From positions 1,725 through 65,724 of the forward strand of contig SIAM01000006.1 of the NCBI GenBank assembly GCA_009691785.1: a DNA stretch of 64,000 nt. The letters run 5' to 3'. Below the pieces are notes generated by a model. It did not search any database and had not been told where the DNA came from. It worked only from the letters and a program-made list of their open reading frames with translations. The position numbers were made by a program, and so were the translations under genes. This DNA is from Phycisphaerales bacterium (GTDB taxonomy: Bacteria > Planctomycetota > Phycisphaerae > Phycisphaerales > SM1A02). Positions 13,836-23,329 of the stretch are shown piece after piece (position 1 is the stretch's first letter; each line of letters starts with the position of its first letter).

Positions 13836-16376
13836 ATGGAGAACCCTGTGAAATTGATTGCCTCTGTATTCACCACTTCGATCGTGTCGGCTCTAATTTT
13901 GACAAGCGTTTCGCTTGCCGCATTTGTTGTGCAAGAGGACCCCGCGCCACCATCCGATACCGCCGCCACGCCACCAGCAGACGACGCGGGTGTTGATGCG
14001 GAGTTGCAAAATTTGCCAGCGCCAATGCAAGCTCAAGTGAAGCAAATGTTGGCCAAACTTTTGACGGTCAAGGACCCAGCCAAACTTCGCCAAGCGCTTG
14101 ATGCCATGGACGCGCAAAGCGCGCAAATGCCCGAAGAAGTGAAACCCATGTTTGCATACATGAAGAAAAAAATTCAGGATCGGATTGATGAACTTCCAGC
14201 CGCAACGGAAACTCCAGCCGCAACGGAAACTCCAGCCGCCGCGGAAACTCCAGCCGCCGCGGAAACTCCAGCCGCAACGGAAACTCCAGCCGCAACGGAA
14301 ACTCCAGCCGCCGCGGAGGCGCCAGCGATTTCCGCCGCCGTGCAAAAAGCCATTGAAGATTTTTTATATGGCGTGCTCGCTGGGCGCAAGGAACTTGCGG
14401 AGACCAACGCCAAATTTATTTTGGCCAGCGATGTTTCCGATCAGCAACTTGCTCAAATGCTAGATGACCCAACAAGACAAGAGCGATTGGTTCGCGCTGT
14501 GCGGGCCGCTAAGGGAATGGGCGAAGTGGGGGATCTTGCATCGCAAATTGAAATTCGAGTGGCGGCGGGCCGCTTGATATTGTCGCGCGATCAGTCGCGT
14601 ATTGCTCTGGCTGTTGGGCAACTGAATGGCACTATGCGCCAGCAAACAATGGCAAGAGCCACGCTGATCGCGGCGGGCGCCTATGCGATGCCGGCCTTAT
14701 TGAAAGCCATGCTTGATTCCTCCAACGCGCAGTTGGCGTTGCGTGCTTCGCAATGCATGATCGATATTGGCCGGCCTGCAGTGCTTCCATTGTGCGTGGT
14801 TTTAGTTGGGGCGGCTCCGCAAGAACAAATTGCGATTTGCAATATGTTGACGGCGATCAATCAAAAGACGGCGGCGCCGTGGCTGGTCAAGACAATGCGT
14901 CTGGCCACAACGAGTGACGTGCGAAACGCCGCCAGCACCGCTGTACGAGCATTGCAAATTGAACATCTTCCAGAGCAAACCTTGTGGACAAATTTGGCGC
15001 GTGATTATTTCATCTCGCGGGACAAGCTGACTCCGTATCCAAATGATAAAACCCAAATCATGTGGAGCGCGGATGCAACTGGCAACGTCATTCCCAAAGT
15101 GGTGGCCACGGAAATCTATGGAGACCTTATGGCCCAGCAATGCGCCCAAGAGGCCATGCTTCGCGATGCCAAGGGAGTCGAGGCATTTTCAATTTATCTG
15201 GCGGCTGGTTTGCGCATTGAATCCAGCGCCGACGCAGGTGAATCCAGCAGTCACTCAATCATGAGCATCGCGTTGGCCGCGGGTCCTGAGCAATCTGAAC
15301 GCGTGTTGCGCCTGGCGCGCCAAGTGAATGATTCAGTTCTTACCTTGGTTGCAATTCATCTTTTGGCCAAGACAGCCAGCGAGTCCATGTTGGTCGAATC
15401 AAAAGCGGGAAGCCCGATACTGGGTTGCCTGAACAATTCAAGTCGCGGCATTCGCACGGCGGCGGCTTTGGCGATTGCCTTGGCCTTGCCAAAAAATGCC
15501 TTTGAAGGTTCCGAAAAAGTTGTTCCCATCTTGGGGGCGGCTGTTGCCCAAGGCCGCGAGCCACGGGCGATTGTGATTGCCAAAGATGAATCGCAACGGC
15601 GTGATCTAGAGGGTCGTTTGTCGCAGATCCACTGCGTTCTTCTTTCGTCGGATTCAACGGCTTCCTCGATTCTTTCAAATCTGACTGGGCGGGGCGCACC
15701 AGACATCATCATTGCCAGTGGTGGTGCCGATGAAATGACCTCGAACATAACAGTGCTGCGATCAAATCCAATCTTGACTGCCACGCCAATCTTGTTGGCA
15801 ATTCCGGCGTCCGATGAAGTTCGACTGGATCGCAGCATTCGACAAGATCCAACAGTTATGGTTTGGTTTCAAGGCAGAAGCGAAGAACAATTTCAAGCGG
15901 CCGCCAAACAACTCATGACGCGCACGATTGGCGTGCAAGCAACTGACGCGGATAGTGCAGCGGAAGCCGTGATTTTGCAAAGTCAAATACTCGATGCACT
16001 ACGCCTGATTGGCGAGTTGCAGGTGTCGCCATTAAAATTGGTCGATGCGGAAAGAGATTTAATTGACGCTCTTTCCAAGGCAACCGCGCAGACACAAGTT
16101 CAAGTGGCCCGCGTGTTAGCGGTTACTCCAACTCAAAATGCGCAACGAGCCTTGATCAATGCGGCGCTTGCCGCCACCGATCAACATCAAATAGTTTTGC
16201 TTCAAGCGCTTTCTGAAAGCGGTCGTCGTTTTGGAAATCGAGCAGAAGAAAAGCAGATTGAGCGATTGCGTCAAGCGCTTGTTGAAACCAAGGGCGCCAA
16301 TGCAGATGCGTTTGCTCAGGCCTACGGCGCGCTGAATCTTGGCACCGCTCAAGTATTAAAGTTGATTTTGAAATGA
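13836..16376 (+). CDS. membrane-anchored hypothetical protein with (PAA[TA]ET)7 linker and HEAT/ARM-like helical repeats (start uncertain: 13734, 13749 or 13836)
   Basis: MENPVKLIASVFTTSIVSALILTSVSLAAFVV is an N-terminal anchor. It is followed by a Pro/Ala/Thr/Glu repeat and a long helical region (e.g. AMPALLKAMLDSSNAQLALRASQCMIDIGRPAV). Confidence 0.65.
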   Translation: MENPVKLIASVFTTSIVSALILTSVSLAAFVVQEDPAPPSDTAATPPADDAGVDAELQNLPAPMQAQVKQMLAKLLTVKDPAKLRQALDAMDAQSAQMPEEVKPMFAYMKKKIQDRIDELPAATETPAATETPAAAETPAAAETPAATETPAATETPAAAEAPAISAAVQKAIEDFLYGVLAGRKELAETNAKFILASDVSDQQLAQMLDDPTRQERLVRAVRAAKGMGEVGDLASQIEIRVAAGRLILSRDQSRIALAVGQLNGTMRQQTMARATLIAAGAYAMPALLKAMLDSSNAQLALRASQCMIDIGRPAVLPLCVVLVGAAPQEQIAICNMLTAINQKTAAPWLVKTMRLATTSDVRNAASTAVRALQIEHLPEQTLWTNLARDYFISRDKLTPYPNDKTQIMWSADATGNVIPKVVATEIYGDLMAQQCAQEAMLRDAKGVEAFSIYLAAGLRIESSADAGESSSHSIMSIALAAGPEQSERVLRLARQVNDSVLTLVAIHLLAKTASESMLVESKAGSPILGCLNNSSRGIRTAAALAIALALPKNAFEGSEKVVPILGAAVAQGREPRAIVIAKDESQRRDLEGRLSQIHCVLLSSDSTASSILSNLTGRGAPDIIIASGGADEMTSNITVLRSNPILTATPILLAIPASDEVRLDRSIRQDPTVMVWFQGRSEEQFQAAAKQLMTRTIGVQATDADSAAEAVILQSQILDALRLIGELQVSPLKLVDAERDLIDALSKATAQTQVQVARVLAVTPTQNAQRALINAALAATDQHQIVLLQALSESGRRFGNRAEEKQIERLRQALVETKGANADAFAQAYGALNLGTAQVLKLILK
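14196..14321 (+). repeat. 18-bp in-frame tandem repeat x7 (CCAGCCGCAACGGAAACT / CCAGCCGCCGCGGAAACT)
   Basis: Counted by hand. The two variants alternate in pairs (AT,AT,AA,AA,AT,AT,AA-partial) and encode PAATET/PAAAET. Confidence 0.95.
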
Positions 16377-16432
16377 TTTTGTGTGTTTGCGCAGCGTGAT
16401 AATGCTTAGCATTCGCTTCTGAAAGACGCAAC

Positions 16433-16505
16433 GCCGCCTTAGCTCAGTTGGTAGAGCGGAGCTTTCGTAAAGCTCAGGTCACGGGTTCGAGTCCCGTAGG
16501 TGGCT
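16433..16505 (+). tRNA. tRNA-Thr (anticodon CGT)
   Basis: Folds as GCCGCCT-TA-GCTC/AGTTGGTA/GAGC-G-GAGCT/TTCGTAA/AGCTC-AGGTC-ACGGG/TTCGAGT/CCCGT-AGGTGGC-T. Confidence 0.92.
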
Positions 16506-16510
16506 TTGAT

Positions 16511-17074
16511 TTATCCACCCAACCGTTGCAGTTGGTCGGCAATTTGCTCGGCGTAATTAATGAGTCCAGAGGCGCCCTTGGCCTCCACATTGATCCGATT
16601 GAGCCGTTCTTGCTCTGGATTTTGCGGATTGAATTGTTCGGGGGGCAGAGCGTTGACCAGTTGCGTCATTGCAATTTGCAATTCTCCAGCCGCGCGTCGA
16701 ACATCTTGGATTGAGCCCAACACTTGGGTCTTTGCCAGCAATGCGGCGGACGCCAGGGCTGGGTTCAAGGATTTCATGGCTTGCAGTGATGTTAAAAATT
16801 TTTGCCGTGATTGGGCGTTGGACAGGTCGCCGCAATTGGTGATGTTCATGTCCTTGGCGGCGCTGTTGAGCGACTCTTGAAGTTGCTTTATGGATTTCTG
16901 TATATTGGTTTCAGAAAGATCGACATTCTTCCAGGCTGTCACAATTGGAATTTTTTGCGCATTGGACGCGCATGCCGACATCATAAGCACGGCGCATAGT
17001 GGAACGATGTTCTTGAGCGAAAAGAAAGAGAATGAATGACGCAATGATGAACGAATACGGTGTTGATGCTCCAT
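16511..17074 (-). CDS. hypothetical helical lipoprotein
   Basis: ORF 16511..17176 in the track. ATG 17074 (MEHQHRIRSS...) avoids overlap with the divergent cysteine synthase start. Lipobox-like AVLMMSAC. The stop lies 5 nt from the tRNA-Thr 3' end. Confidence 0.5.
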   Translation of the reverse strand: MEHQHRIRSSLRHSFSFFSLKNIVPLCAVLMMSACASNAQKIPIVTAWKNVDLSETNIQKSIKQLQESLNSAAKDMNITNCGDLSNAQSRQKFLTSLQAMKSLNPALASAALLAKTQVLGSIQDVRRAAGELQIAMTQLVNALPPEQFNPQNPEQERLNRINVEAKGASGLINYAEQIADQLQRLGG

Positions 17075-17167
17075 GTAAGAATTGTATTGATAATTCACGC
17101 AGGCATGAAAATGATTTTCTTGGCGACTTGTGAGCGTAAAGACAGGCGCGGCGGGTAGACTGAAAAA

Positions 17168-18163
17168 ATGACGCATGACGCCAGTCCAATCACGGCGACC
17201 AAGGAGCGTAATTTGCTGGCCATGCTAGAACTTGCTCCCACTCCGATTATTCCAATTCAATTGGACTGCGCCAGCGCGATCATTTTGGGCAAGTGCGAGT
17301 TCATGAATCCTTCAGGCAGCACCAAGGATCGCATCGCCACATTTATTTTGACCAAGGCGTGGCGCGACGGAGTTGTGCGGCGCGGCGACCTGGTCGCGGA
17401 AGTCAGCAGCGGATCAACCAGCATCGCCATGGCTATGGTGTGCGCGCATTTGGGCCTGAAGTTCATCGCCATCATGCCGGAGGGCGTGAGCCGCGAGCGC
17501 ATTTTAATGATTGAGGGATTTGGCGGTCAGGTTCGCTTCACTGCGAAATCGCTTGGCATGAAAGGCGCCAATGACGCGTGTCAAGAATTGGCCGCCAGCA
17601 CAAAAGTTTTTCTGCCGCGGCAATTTCACAACATGGACAACGCGCAGGCGCACCGTGTGGCCACCGCGGCGGAGATTGCGCAGTGGGTGAAAGCGCACTC
17701 GCCCGCGTCGGTGGACACCATCGCGTTCACCAGTGGAGTTGGAACCGGCGGAACCATGGTGGGGCTGTATCACGGTTTGCGCGACCACGGATACAAGGTG
17801 CTGCCATTCGCGGTGCGCCCAATCGCGTCGGGCAAAAATATTTTGTGCGCGGATTGTTTTTCATCGCTGGAGCAGTGCTCCTTCTCGTCGCGTATTCCCG
17901 GCGTGCTTGACGGCATGAGCCAGATCTACAAGCCCGCTGAAATTGAGCATTTGCAAGAGATTGAAGTGGCCGATGAAATTGCCATAAGCACCACGCGCGC
18001 GCTGATTCGCAATGGATTTCCCGTGGGTCCTAGCAGTGGCTTGAATTTTGCGGCGGCGCTGCAACTGGCTCCAAGTCTTCCAGAAAATGCACGTCTTGTC
18101 ACCATTCTTTGCGACCGCATGGAGCGATATTTCAGCACCGAACTTTTCACGCAGTGGCATTGA
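17168..18163 (+). CDS. PLP-dependent cysteine synthase family protein
   Basis: NPSGSTKDRIA (PLP lysine) and SGVGTGGTMVG loop. Length and layout are CysK/CysM-like. Confidence 0.85.
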   Translation: MTHDASPITATKERNLLAMLELAPTPIIPIQLDCASAIILGKCEFMNPSGSTKDRIATFILTKAWRDGVVRRGDLVAEVSSGSTSIAMAMVCAHLGLKFIAIMPEGVSRERILMIEGFGGQVRFTAKSLGMKGANDACQELAASTKVFLPRQFHNMDNAQAHRVATAAEIAQWVKAHSPASVDTIAFTSGVGTGGTMVGLYHGLRDHGYKVLPFAVRPIASGKNILCADCFSSLEQCSFSSRIPGVLDGMSQIYKPAEIEHLQEIEVADEIAISTTRALIRNGFPVGPSSGLNFAAALQLAPSLPENARLVTILCDRMERYFSTELFTQWH

Positions 18164-18257
18164 TCTGGATCGCTGGGATAACCACAGCGGATCTTTCAAA
18201 GCAAATCCGCCACGCGTCAGCGCCAACTCATTGGCGCAACTGCGCTATTCTTAGTCC

Positions 18258-18575
18258 ATGAGTCATTCACACAATTCCGAGCATTCGCATTCCACTCCGC
18301 ACCAACCAGCGCGCAAGACGCCGCCGTTTCGCCATGCCGTTCGCCTGTTCATTTTGAACGCGATTTTGTACGGCGCGTGCGCGGCGTTTATCGGCGCCAT
18401 CATTGGGGATTCGCTGCCCGACAATCAACAACTGAAAGTGGTGTTCGCGCTGTTCGTGGTGCCGTTTGTATTGGCCATCATCAGCACCGTGATGCATGTC
18501 AAGTCGCATACATGGACCAGCGTGGACGACATGGCGGAGCGTTTGCTTCATCCGCATCAGACGCCGCGCCAGTGA
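18258..18575 (+). CDS. small membrane protein with His-rich N-terminus (hypothetical)
   Basis: MSHSHNSEHSHSTPH followed by two hydrophobic helices. A mirror ORF of equal length on the opposite strand has no such features. Confidence 0.4.
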   Translation: MSHSHNSEHSHSTPHQPARKTPPFRHAVRLFILNAILYGACAAFIGAIIGDSLPDNQQLKVVFALFVVPFVLAIISTVMHVKSHTWTSVDDMAERLLHPHQTPRQ

Positions 18576-18601
18576 CGCGCCCAATTCGCGCGGAGCAAGG
18601 T

Positions 18602-19564
18602 ATGCAACGACGATCGTTCATTGGAAATGTATTGAAGCCAGTGAGCATGTTGGCCGCGGCTTGTGTCGCCGCGCCGCCAACACCGGAAATTCCTCCCGCC
18701 AAGGCGACCGAGCCTCCAGGAGCGCCTACGCCAAAAGCGACGGTAAATTCCAAAGCGAATTTAATATTGAACCCATTGGCGGTGGCTCAGGCTTCATTTC
18801 ATCGCATGTTTAAAAGCGGAGAGTTGACGCTTGAAAAATTTCCACAATTTGTCACCCGCACATGCGGCCTCACTCGCGTGCAATGGAGCGCGCGATTGCT
18901 TCCAGGAATCACGCCGGAATCGGCCAAGACCTTGCGCGCCACGTGCGACAAGCAAGGGTTGCGCAGTTTGTTGCTTGATCCAGCCATTGGAATTGGTTTG
19001 ACATCCAGCGACGCCGCCGTCAGTTCCGCCGCGGTGGAAAGATTGAAGCCGTGGTGCGCCATCGCCACCACGCTTTCCTGCACTGGTCTGGCCATTGATT
19101 TGCGCGGATCGGGAACTTACGACGAACAATTGCCGCGCGCGATTGATGGCGCCAATCTTGCTTTCAAGGTGGCCAACGAGGCAGGACTTCCGCTGGTGAT
19201 TCAAAGTTTGGGTGGCATGACCAGCAACGCCACATTCATGGCGGCCTTGATGATGCAGTTGAAAAATGCCGCCATTCGACTTGAGCCCACATTTGATTCT
19301 TGGCAAGTCAGCGACACCGACACCTACAATCGCACCCGCGGATTTGAAATGTTGATTCCATACGCCGCCACTGTTCTGGCGGATTATCTGGCATTTGCGG
19401 CCAACGGAGATTCCGTGAATTTCAAAACTGATTTCCTAATGAGCACCGTGCGCAAGAGCACGTTCCGCGGTCCAGTGACCATTTTGTACAAGGGGCCCGC
19501 GAATGAAGTTGACGGCGTGCTGCAGGCGAAAAAAGTTTTAATCAAGTACAAATGCACCGCTTGA
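18602..19564 (+). CDS. Tat-signal protein, probably xylose isomerase-like TIM-barrel (sugar phosphate isomerase/epimerase) family
   Basis: MQRRSFIGNVLKPVSMLAAACVAA is a twin-arginine leader. The body resembles the secreted TIM-barrel proteins common in Planctomycetes. The family call is tentative. Confidence 0.5.
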   Translation: MQRRSFIGNVLKPVSMLAAACVAAPPTPEIPPAKATEPPGAPTPKATVNSKANLILNPLAVAQASFHRMFKSGELTLEKFPQFVTRTCGLTRVQWSARLLPGITPESAKTLRATCDKQGLRSLLLDPAIGIGLTSSDAAVSSAAVERLKPWCAIATTLSCTGLAIDLRGSGTYDEQLPRAIDGANLAFKVANEAGLPLVIQSLGGMTSNATFMAALMMQLKNAAIRLEPTFDSWQVSDTDTYNRTRGFEMLIPYAATVLADYLAFAANGDSVNFKTDFLMSTVRKSTFRGPVTILYKGPANEVDGVLQAKKVLIKYKCTA

Positions 19565-19574
19565 GAAACAATCT

Positions 19575-20645
19575 ATGAATTCACAGACACACGCAAGCAT
19601 GACGGAATCCACCAGCGGACATCAACGGCGCAAAGCCATCTTGGTCACCGGCGCCGGCGGCGAATTGGGCCACGCGCTTATTCAACTCTTGTCCCAGGGC
19701 GCCAGCAACAGCGTGGTGGCGGTGGACATTCGTGAATTGCATCCAGACATTCGCGCGCATTGCGACAACGCGTTCGTGGGCGACATTTGCGACCACTCGT
19801 TGCTTGAGCGGTTGCTGGCCATGTATGAAGTGGACGAGGTCTTTCATTTGGCGGCGCTGCTTTCAACGCGCGGCGAGTTCGCGCCAGAGACCGCCCACCA
19901 AGTGAATGTGGTTGGAACATTGAATTTGCTGAAGTTGGCCGCCGAGCAGGCGCGCAGCCACGGCCGCAGCGTGAAATTTATTTTTCCAAGCTCCATCGCC
20001 GCCTACGGCTTGCCATCGCTGGCGGAAAAACAGCGCGCCAAGAGCGTGAAAGAAGATCAATATCTTGAGCCGCACACCATGTACGGCATCAACAAATTGG
20101 CGGGCGAGCATTTGGGCCGCTACTACCAAGAGCACTACCGCAAGTTGGCCAAGGACCGCGTGATTCAAGCGATTGATTTTCGATCCATTCGATTTCCAGG
20201 AATCATGAGCGCGCACACCGTGCCCGCCGGCGGCACCAGCGACTACGGACCTGAAATGGTTCACGCCGCCGCGCAGGGCAAACCCTACGCGTGCTTTGTG
20301 CGCCCCGACAGCCGGATTTCTTTCATGACCATGCCAGAAGCGGTGGATGCATTGGCGCAACTGGCCGCGGCGCCAAAGAAAAATCTTTCGCGCTGCGTGT
20401 ACAACGTCTCTGGTTTTTCTCCAAGCGCCGCGGACTTTCAACGCTGCGTTAAAAAATATTTTCCAGCCGCCGACATTTCATTCGCGCCGGACATTGGCCG
20501 TCAATCCATTATTGACAGTTGGCCCGAGGACATTGACGACTCCGCGGCGCGGCGCGATTGGGGTTGGAAACCCAAGCACACGCTTGAGAGCGCGTTCGAG
20601 CAATATCTTGTTCCCGCCATCAAGACCCGTTACGCGGCGCATTAA
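19575..20645 (+). CDS. tdh: NAD-dependent epimerase/dehydratase family; likely SDR-type L-threonine 3-dehydrogenase
   Basis: Rossmann motif ILVTGAGGELGHAL and a YxxxK-type centre (YGINKLAGE). It lies immediately upstream of kbl, the classic tdh-kbl arrangement. Confidence 0.8.
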   Translation: MNSQTHASMTESTSGHQRRKAILVTGAGGELGHALIQLLSQGASNSVVAVDIRELHPDIRAHCDNAFVGDICDHSLLERLLAMYEVDEVFHLAALLSTRGEFAPETAHQVNVVGTLNLLKLAAEQARSHGRSVKFIFPSSIAAYGLPSLAEKQRAKSVKEDQYLEPHTMYGINKLAGEHLGRYYQEHYRKLAKDRVIQAIDFRSIRFPGIMSAHTVPAGGTSDYGPEMVHAAAQGKPYACFVRPDSRISFMTMPEAVDALAQLAAAPKKNLSRCVYNVSGFSPSAADFQRCVKKYFPAADISFAPDIGRQSIIDSWPEDIDDSAARRDWGWKPKHTLESAFEQYLVPAIKTRYAAH

Positions 20646-20705
20646 CTTGAACGGCGCGGGCAATTTGTAATTCAGTTTTTTAAACACAATAGAAGCGAGC
20701 ACATC

Positions 20706-21950
20706 ATGACCACCAAGAGCAACAACGCCACCACGACCGCTGAAAATTTTCAGAGCCGAACCCATCAAATACTGCAGCAATTGCAGGAAAATGGACAGTT
20801 GAAATTGCTGCAAACCATACAGGGTCCCATGGACGCCACCGTGAAGTTGCGCGAGTACGGCGAAGTGGCGTGTTTCTGCAGCAACAATTATTTGGGTCTT
20901 GCCAATCATCCCGAAGTTGTGCAAGCGGGTGTTGACGGTCTGCGCAAGTACGGCGCGGGCACCGCCAGCGTGCGTTTTATTTGCGGCACATTTGATTGCC
21001 ACGAGACGCTGGAAAAAACCATCGCGCGTTTTTATGGCGTCGAATCCAGCTACTCATTCACAAGTTGTTGGAACGCCAACGAGGCCATCTTTGCCACGCT
21101 GTGCGAGCCCGGTGACGCCGTGGTGTCCGACGAGTTGAACCACGCCAGTATCATCGATGGCATTCGCCTGGCGGTCAGTATTAAAAAAGGATTGTTGCGC
21201 GGCGTGTACAAAAATGGCGACGCCAAATCACTGTCCGCCAAGTTGGAGGAGTTGCGCGCCAATCCAGAGCTCACCGGCACCTTGTGGGTTGTGACCGACG
21301 GCGTGTTCAGCATGGAGGGCAGTGTCGCCAATTTGCCAGAGTTGCGCGCGGTGTGCGATCGCTATGGCGCCATGTTGATCATGGATGACAGCCACGGCAC
21401 GGGCGTGATGGGCGCCACTGGCCGCGGCACGCATGAGCACTGGAACATGCCCGCCACAAAAATTGATTATTTCACGGGCACGCTTGGCAAAGCGCTCGGC
21501 GGCGGCGCGGGCGGCTATATCGCCGGCAGTCGCGAAGCCATGACGCTTCTGGTGCAGCGCGGTCGTCCAACTTTATTTTCAAACGCGCTTCCAGCCACCA
21601 TCGCGTGCAGCGCAAACCGCGCCATTGAAATTTTGGAGCGCGAACCGCAACGCGTGGCCAAGTTGCGCGCCAATGTGGCGGCCGTGCGCGCGGGCATTCG
21701 CAACGCGGGCTTCACCTTGCTTGAAAGCGAGACCGCCATTTGCCCCATCATTGTGCATGACACCGCCAAGGCTATTGCCATGAGCCGCCGTCTTTTAGAA
21801 CTGGGCGTGTTTGTGATTGGATTTGGTTTTCCAGTTGTGGCGGAGGGTCACGCTCGCCTGCGTGTGCAAGTGAGCGCGGCGCACGGGCAAACTCACATTG
21901 ACGCGCTTACCAACGCCTTGATCAAGCTCAAGGGCGAGTTCGCAAAGTGA
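20706..21950 (+). CDS. kbl: glycine C-acetyltransferase (2-amino-3-ketobutyrate CoA ligase)
   Basis: Alpha-oxoamine synthase family: NNYLGLANHPEV, MDDSHGTGVMG and the PLP lysine in FTGTLGKALGG. Confidence 0.95.
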   Translation: MTTKSNNATTTAENFQSRTHQILQQLQENGQLKLLQTIQGPMDATVKLREYGEVACFCSNNYLGLANHPEVVQAGVDGLRKYGAGTASVRFICGTFDCHETLEKTIARFYGVESSYSFTSCWNANEAIFATLCEPGDAVVSDELNHASIIDGIRLAVSIKKGLLRGVYKNGDAKSLSAKLEELRANPELTGTLWVVTDGVFSMEGSVANLPELRAVCDRYGAMLIMDDSHGTGVMGATGRGTHEHWNMPATKIDYFTGTLGKALGGGAGGYIAGSREAMTLLVQRGRPTLFSNALPATIACSANRAIEILEREPQRVAKLRANVAAVRAGIRNAGFTLLESETAICPIIVHDTAKAIAMSRRLLELGVFVIGFGFPVVAEGHARLRVQVSAAHGQTHIDALTNALIKLKGEFAK

Positions 21951-22088
21951 TGTTCAAAAGTTGATCAAGCGCAACGCGCTGGTAGGCATTTGCAAACCAG
22001 CTTCATCTGTTCATCAAGTTGAAGCGCGCGCGCGTGGCGGCATCTCAGGCGCTGAAAAATTCGCGCTGCCATTTCCATTTGTGAAGGC

Positions 22089-23153
22089 TTACGCCGGGAT
22101 GAATTTTTCCGAGTCTGTTCGCCTGCTCATGCGTGCAAGCGCCAACAGGCTTATCAAACTGCCCGAGTAATAAATCACGATCGTCCCCAAAATAATCCAA
22201 AGGCCGGGCTTGACCTCGGTCCTCATTAGGCTTGTGCCTTCCCAAAGAAACAGCAGCAAACCCAAGGCGAATACCTCCAACATGCACCATTCATGAACCG
22301 CGCGCAGGCGGCGGTTGCGACTTTGATGTTTGGCCTGGGTCGCCGGCGCAATCCATAGCCAAATTTGCATGATCAACACAATGCTTGGGGCGATGATGAG
22401 CCCAATGGCAATCAACGCCGCAAGCGCCGGCTGATTGGTGCGCAGTAACGCCGTTAAACTTTGAAGAATGGAGTAACGATCGCTTGTTAAAAGCATCTGA
22501 TTCAATTGAAAGTACGGCGTGACCAGCGCGATAACGAAACACACCGCGGAAATAACCAGCGTCACTGGACCCACCACGCTCATCCAACCGCTGTTCTGAA
22601 TCAACCGAGTCTTGATTGTTGAATTGACAATGTCGCCTTTCGCAAAGGGGTTTACCCAGCGATCAAGTTGGGTGGCAATGGTGGACAACATGATGGCGGA
22701 GGCGATGGCGCTCAGAAATAAATACACGCCGGAAAATGTTTGCGTGCTCACCGCCCACTGATCCGTGGCCAGCACCATGAGCAAGATCACAATGAACGGA
22801 TCCAGCATGGACCACTTTCCAAGCAGGCACAACCAGTACAAAATTCGCTCGCGCTCGCGGGTTGGCGGAATGGCCACCCACACCACCAACAAGACGGCCA
22901 ACTTGAGAAATGGAAACGTGATGCTGAAGAACGCGATCAATATCGCAACGACATAAATTTTTGAATCCCACATCAGCCGCACCGAATTGGGCAGCGAATA
23001 AATTTGGTTGTCCACTAGAACCACTTTGATGGACATGAAAGGCACAAACAGCGCCAAGGCTTGCGCAAAAAATGTGGTGGTAAGGACCCCAAGCCATGCC
23101 CAACCGATCCATCCAGTTTGGCGCAACAATGTTTGCTCAGGTTCTATGGGCAT
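22089..23153 (-). CDS. PqiA (paraquat-inducible protein A) family integral membrane protein, two-repeat form
   Basis: There are two PqiA-like halves. One has FFSITFPFLKLAVLLVVW...LGKWSMLDPFIVILL and the other has HEWCMLEVFALGLLL. Start at ATG 23153 or 23207. Confidence 0.7.
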   Translation of the reverse strand: MPIEPEQTLLRQTGWIGWAWLGVLTTTFFAQALALFVPFMSIKVVLVDNQIYSLPNSVRLMWDSKIYVVAILIAFFSITFPFLKLAVLLVVWVAIPPTRERERILYWLCLLGKWSMLDPFIVILLMVLATDQWAVSTQTFSGVYLFLSAIASAIMLSTIATQLDRWVNPFAKGDIVNSTIKTRLIQNSGWMSVVGPVTLVISAVCFVIALVTPYFQLNQMLLTSDRYSILQSLTALLRTNQPALAALIAIGLIIAPSIVLIMQIWLWIAPATQAKHQSRNRRLRAVHEWCMLEVFALGLLLFLWEGTSLMRTEVKPGLWIILGTIVIYYSGSLISLLALARMSRRTDSEKFIPA

Positions 23154-23329
23154 AAATGAAACAATAGCGTATAAACTGTTTAAAAATTTGTATCCCAGTT
23201 GCCGCACGCACCAAAGGCCGCCGCAACCCGAAGGCCAGTCGATTGAATTAAGAAGAACTCACGCCGAATAAGCCGCATGCTGAATTTCTATTTTCATAGG
23301 AAGTATGAAACACGCTATGCTGTCTGTTC

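Noticed and set aside
18267-18584. 105-aa minus-strand ORF mirroring the 18258..18575 plus-strand ORF
   Set aside because: It has no hydrophobic or motif structure and lies opposite the direction of all flanking genes. The plus-strand reading gives a coherent two-helix membrane protein.
21961-22290. Short ORFs (69 and 81 aa) in the kbl/pqiA convergent spacer
   Set aside because: They overlap the pqiA 3' end or the spacer. They have no motifs, and their starts are alternative codons supplied by the track.
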